A DNA stretch of 64,000 bases from Gemmatimonadota bacterium (GTDB lineage Bacteria; Gemmatimonadota; Gemmatimonadetes; Gemmatimonadales; GWC2-71-9). How positions within the stretch are numbered: position 1 is the first letter of the stretch; each line of letters opens with the position of its first letter. The position numbers were made by a program, and so were the translations under genes. Shown here one piece after another: positions 60,972 through 64,000 of this stretch. The stretch spans positions 96,001 to 160,000 of the forward strand of contig JBDHKN010000006.1 of NCBI GenBank assembly GCA_039586365.1, written 5' to 3'. The notes below the pieces were generated by a model, which made no database searches, was not told where the DNA came from, and was given only the letters and a program-made list of their open reading frames with translations.

Positions 60972-61664
60972 TCACTCTTTTGGTTGCCGAACTGCGCCCA
61001 AAACGGTGGAGGGAAAGTCGAACATAATCAGGCGACCCTGCTCGTCGTACCAAAGGTGGCGTACCTCACCGCCCGCGCTCAGGGTAACATGTCTCAGGGA
61101 ACGTTCTATTCCCCGCACGTCGGTCAGCTCGACGCCATGGTCGTCCAGCGTGGCGACGCTGCGCTCCCCGGCGCGGGCGTCGATTAGCGTGACCGTACCG
61201 TCGGACCCGCCAGGCAGGAATGCGAATGTGGCGATCAAGAACTCATCGAGGACGATGGTGCGGTCTGTAGCCGGGAACTGTCGGGCGGATTCCCCATGTG
61301 GTGTGACTGTACGGATGGTCACGCGGCGGGGACTGAACGAGACGAGTGTGCTCGGCCGGTCCTCACTGTCTAAATCCAGGCGGGCGGCCGCTAGCACTGT
61401 GTCAAGCGCAAACTCGAGGGTCGAAGCCAATATCGCGGCTGACCGGTCAGCCGGGTAATAGGAGCTGGCCGTCAGTGTGAAGCCGCGTCCACCCGACTGG
61501 CGGCCTCGTCGCAGGACGAACTCCTCCCGGCCCACCACTTCCGAACCACGAGTGATGACGAATGTCGCCCGGTCCAGCACAGCCCCTTGAACCACCGCCG
61601 GACCAACTGCGGATGGTATCAGCGCTGCGACGGCAGCGAGAACGAGGGAGGTCAGGTATTTCAT
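60972..61664 (-). CDS. Exported beta-rich hypothetical protein
   Basis: Signal peptide; ATGA overlap with the upstream gene; 'HLWYDEQGRLI'. Confidence 0.75.
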   Translation of the reverse strand: MKYLTSLVLAAVAALIPSAVGPAVVQGAVLDRATFVITRGSEVVGREEFVLRRGRQSGGRGFTLTASSYYPADRSAAILASTLEFALDTVLAAARLDLDSEDRPSTLVSFSPRRVTIRTVTPHGESARQFPATDRTIVLDEFLIATFAFLPGGSDGTVTLIDARAGERSVATLDDHGVELTDVRGIERSLRHVTLSAGGEVRHLWYDEQGRLIMFDFPSTVLGAVRQPKE

Positions 61665-62437
61665 CCTATTCGAGACATGTTCGGATCACTCGGGGTCGTT
61701 CTAGGCCTGCGCCCGAATACCCGGGTGGCGATCCGCTCGTAGATAAAGTTATACAAGCGCTCACCCTTCTCAATCGATGCCTGACTTGGATGACCGAGCG
61801 AGCCGGAGCTTTCCCTGGGAATCGCACCCGCCCGGCCGCTTTTGTACTTGCGAATTATCCCTGGAGATGGGGTATAGTCCTGAGCCCGTTCCATCGTGAC
61901 CAGGTCGGCGTCCAGGTAGAGCAGGAGGGATGTGTCCATTTCCCCGCCGTGTATGGGAAGACCCGCGTCATCTAGCCGTCCCTCTAACGGGACAGCGAAA
62001 ATGTCGACGGTCCGGACTGTGGCCCGCCGGGCCCGGATGGTGCTTAGCGCCTCTTGATGGGGATCCTGGCCATGTGCAGTTATGATGATGAACTCCTCGA
62101 CGCCGCCAGCTTCCCACGACCCGATGAGATCGTTCATCAAGCGGGACAACGTCTTGCGGCTGAGGGAAGCGGCGCCGGGGTAGGGCACCCTTGTGGCTGC
62201 GTTGACGCCATATTCTATGGTTGGTGCTCGGAGCGTCCTGAACTCGGCTGACAGATCATCCGCGAGGTGCTCTACGATGGCAGTGTCACATCCTAGTGGA
62301 AGGTGCGCGCCATGCTGTTCGGTTGTTCCGACGGGGACGATCAGTCTGGCTTGCTTGGCCAGCAAGTCGCTCACCTTGCCGGGAGTTAAATGTTTAAGAT
62401 ATAAAGGTTTACGGTGAGACCGGCTAAGATCGCTCAT
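61661..62437 (-). CDS. Creatininase family amidohydrolase
   Basis: PVGTTEQHGAHLPLGCD, 'TAHG', 'HGGEMDTS', G.LG.P..AS.EKG. Confidence 0.9.
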   Translation of the reverse strand: MSDLSRSHRKPLYLKHLTPGKVSDLLAKQARLIVPVGTTEQHGAHLPLGCDTAIVEHLADDLSAEFRTLRAPTIEYGVNAATRVPYPGAASLSRKTLSRLMNDLIGSWEAGGVEEFIIITAHGQDPHQEALSTIRARRATVRTVDIFAVPLEGRLDDAGLPIHGGEMDTSLLLYLDADLVTMERAQDYTPSPGIIRKYKSGRAGAIPRESSGSLGHPSQASIEKGERLYNFIYERIATRVFGRRPRTTPSDPNMSRIG

Positions 62438-64000
62438 TGGGAGCTCGCTGTGGCAGCCCAGTGTACCGCTGTGGCTTCGTGGTTGGTGAACCCCGGACTC
62501 ATGTGGGCGGTGCTATCAGGGGTGCTATCGGTTCCCACCGTCCTGTTTGTGTTTCGTAAACTCGGGGTCGCTCCTGTCGCCGTGGTTCTGGCAGGATTGA
62601 CGGCTTCGCTGACTGCTCTGAGTACATCTTGGCGGGTGCAGGAAATCGAGAACCGCTGGCCCGACTTGAGAGAGGAGCTCATAGGGTCGGCCAGTGACGT
62701 TCTGGAGGAAACGCTCTTAGATGCGGTTGAACTCGCCCGCACGCTTGCCGATTCAGCCGCAGCCACTGTCTCAGCATCGCCGTCAGAAGCATTTGATCGG
62801 CTGCAGCAGGCAGTGGATCGGCATGGTCCTGAACAGGGCGCCGTGCTGCTCGACAGTGCCGGGCGAGCCGTCGCATGGGCCGGCAAGCACAGGCTCAGTC
62901 CCCAGTTGATCCGTAAAGAACTGTCCGCATTCATCACTCCATTCTACGTCATACTGGAAGCTCAGCGCCAGGAGGGAAACAGCCTCGGCGTCGGCCACGT
63001 GGTCTTGGCGGCGGACAGCGCCGTGCCGGACCGCGACCGCACGTTGGCTCAGGCATTCGCCCGCAAGACGGGATCCACGCTCGAGTTCTTCGCACCACAG
63101 GATGCACCCGGCACGGCTGACGTCTTCGATTACTACCTGGAAGGAGATGCCCAACCGGATACCCTGTTCTCGGTCAGAACGGTCCCGCCAACCCAGGGCA
63201 CGCTCAAACTGGATCTGCTCGCCGGCGGCACCCGAACGGTGACGATGTTGCTGCTCCTCACGTTGGTTCTGATGGTGGCTTGCGCAGGGGCCCACGGAAG
63301 GTGGGTCGGCGCTGCGGGCATGGCCGCTGTTCTCGTTCTGACCCCGGCTGGAACGCATCTGGAGCTAGGCGAGCTGTTTTCAGGCGCTACGTACTTCCTG
63401 GAGGTTTTGGGACCGGTCTCGGCTTCAGCAGGGAGCTTGCTGGTCGGCTCAGCACTTCTCGTATTAGCTCTTGTCCCACTCAGACGACTTCGGATCACCC
63501 ATCGATCGGTTGGTGTTGTGGCGGCAGCTGCCCTCATAATCGCCTCGCCGTATGCGATGGCGTTTCTGGCCGCCGGAATAACACCGCCCGCGGCTCAGGT
63601 GGGAGCGAGCCTCTGGCTAGGTTGGGGAGCCACACTGACTGCTGCGAGCGCGGTGCCGCTGCTCCTGACATCCATTCTCCTCAGTGGTGCAGGCGTGCGG
63701 GCCGCGCCGTTCTGGGCCGCCTGGATTGCGGGATTGTGGGCCGTTGGCAACGCGGTGCTCGGACTTCTCATCTGGCAGCCGGCGCAAGGCTGGCCTGCCT
63801 GGTACCCACTCATTTGGATACCTCCCGTTGTGTTGGCCGTCCTGCCGGCGCGACGCCTCCGGCTGGTGGGCGCGACCGCGATTGTTGCAGGTTCGGCTGC
63901 GGCCCTGCTGACTTGGGGCAGTGTGGTGGAGGGGCGGTTGCTGCTGGCTGGACGCGACGCCTCCCGGGTGGGTGGTGGCGACCCGTTTGCTCGAGGCTTG
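62414..64000 (+). CDS. Large polytopic membrane protein, possibly the N-terminus of a sensor kinase (partial; absent from the ORF track)
   Basis: Open frame from GTG 62414 (alternative starts 62450/62471/62501), apparently running off the window end; TM-periplasmic-multi-TM pattern; no kinase domain visible. Confidence 0.7.
   Translation, partial: MRPAKIAHWELAVAAQCTAVASWLVNPGLMWAVLSGVLSVPTVLFVFRKLGVAPVAVVLAGLTASLTALSTSWRVQEIENRWPDLREELIGSASDVLEETLLDAVELARTLADSAAATVSASPSEAFDRLQQAVDRHGPEQGAVLLDSAGRAVAWAGKHRLSPQLIRKELSAFITPFYVILEAQRQEGNSLGVGHVVLAADSAVPDRDRTLAQAFARKTGSTLEFFAPQDAPGTADVFDYYLEGDAQPDTLFSVRTVPPTQGTLKLDLLAGGTRTVTMLLLLTLVLMVACAGAHGRWVGAAGMAAVLVLTPAGTHLELGELFSGATYFLEVLGPVSASAGSLLVGSALLVLALVPLRRLRITHRSVGVVAAAALIIASPYAMAFLAAGITPPAAQVGASLWLGWGATLTAASAVPLLLTSILLSGAGVRAAPFWAAWIAGLWAVGNAVLGLLIWQPAQGWPAWYPLIWIPPVVLAVLPARRLRLVGATAIVAGSAAALLTWGSVVEGRLLLAGRDASRVGGGDPFARGL

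Noticed and set aside
61661..62437. Mycofactocin peptidase MftE / RiPP cluster
   Set aside because: No radical SAM, RRE or precursor gene nearby.

Overview
Gene-dense, GC-rich bacterial chromosome segment. Gene content and style suggest Gemmatimonadota (inference). No rRNA, tRNA, CRISPR array, transposase or prophage was found. Left to right: an OrpR-like PAS/sigma-54 activator with a NifX/ORP-family target; two small unknown genes (one ubiquitin-like), an HDAC-family deacylase, a methyltransferase, priA, pdaD-speB, ccdA and murQ; a divergent Ser/Thr phosphosignalling/envelope locus (double-FHA protein, kinase, PP2C, FHA-membrane-trypsin | amidase, peptidase-propeller-barrel protein, kinase with PEGA and TonB_C-like tail); nrdJ, fba, ispG, cobB, pyk, ltaE; a trkA broken by a deletion and frameshift, then trkH; ffs-dnaX-ybaB-recR-orf-mglB-mglA-pgsA-cinA, grpE-dnaJ; bshB1-iscS-mnmA-hydrolase-osmC; a TolC/MFP/ABC operon with four permeases; a creatininase-family gene; and a truncated membrane protein gene. 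The best candidate for an undescribed system is the trans-envelope kinase/FHA/protease locus (about 10.8-23 kb). Other leads are the ubiquitin-like/HDAC cassette, a phased DnaA-box array before cobB and the four-permease exporter. All calls come from motif recognition by eye, with no database searches.
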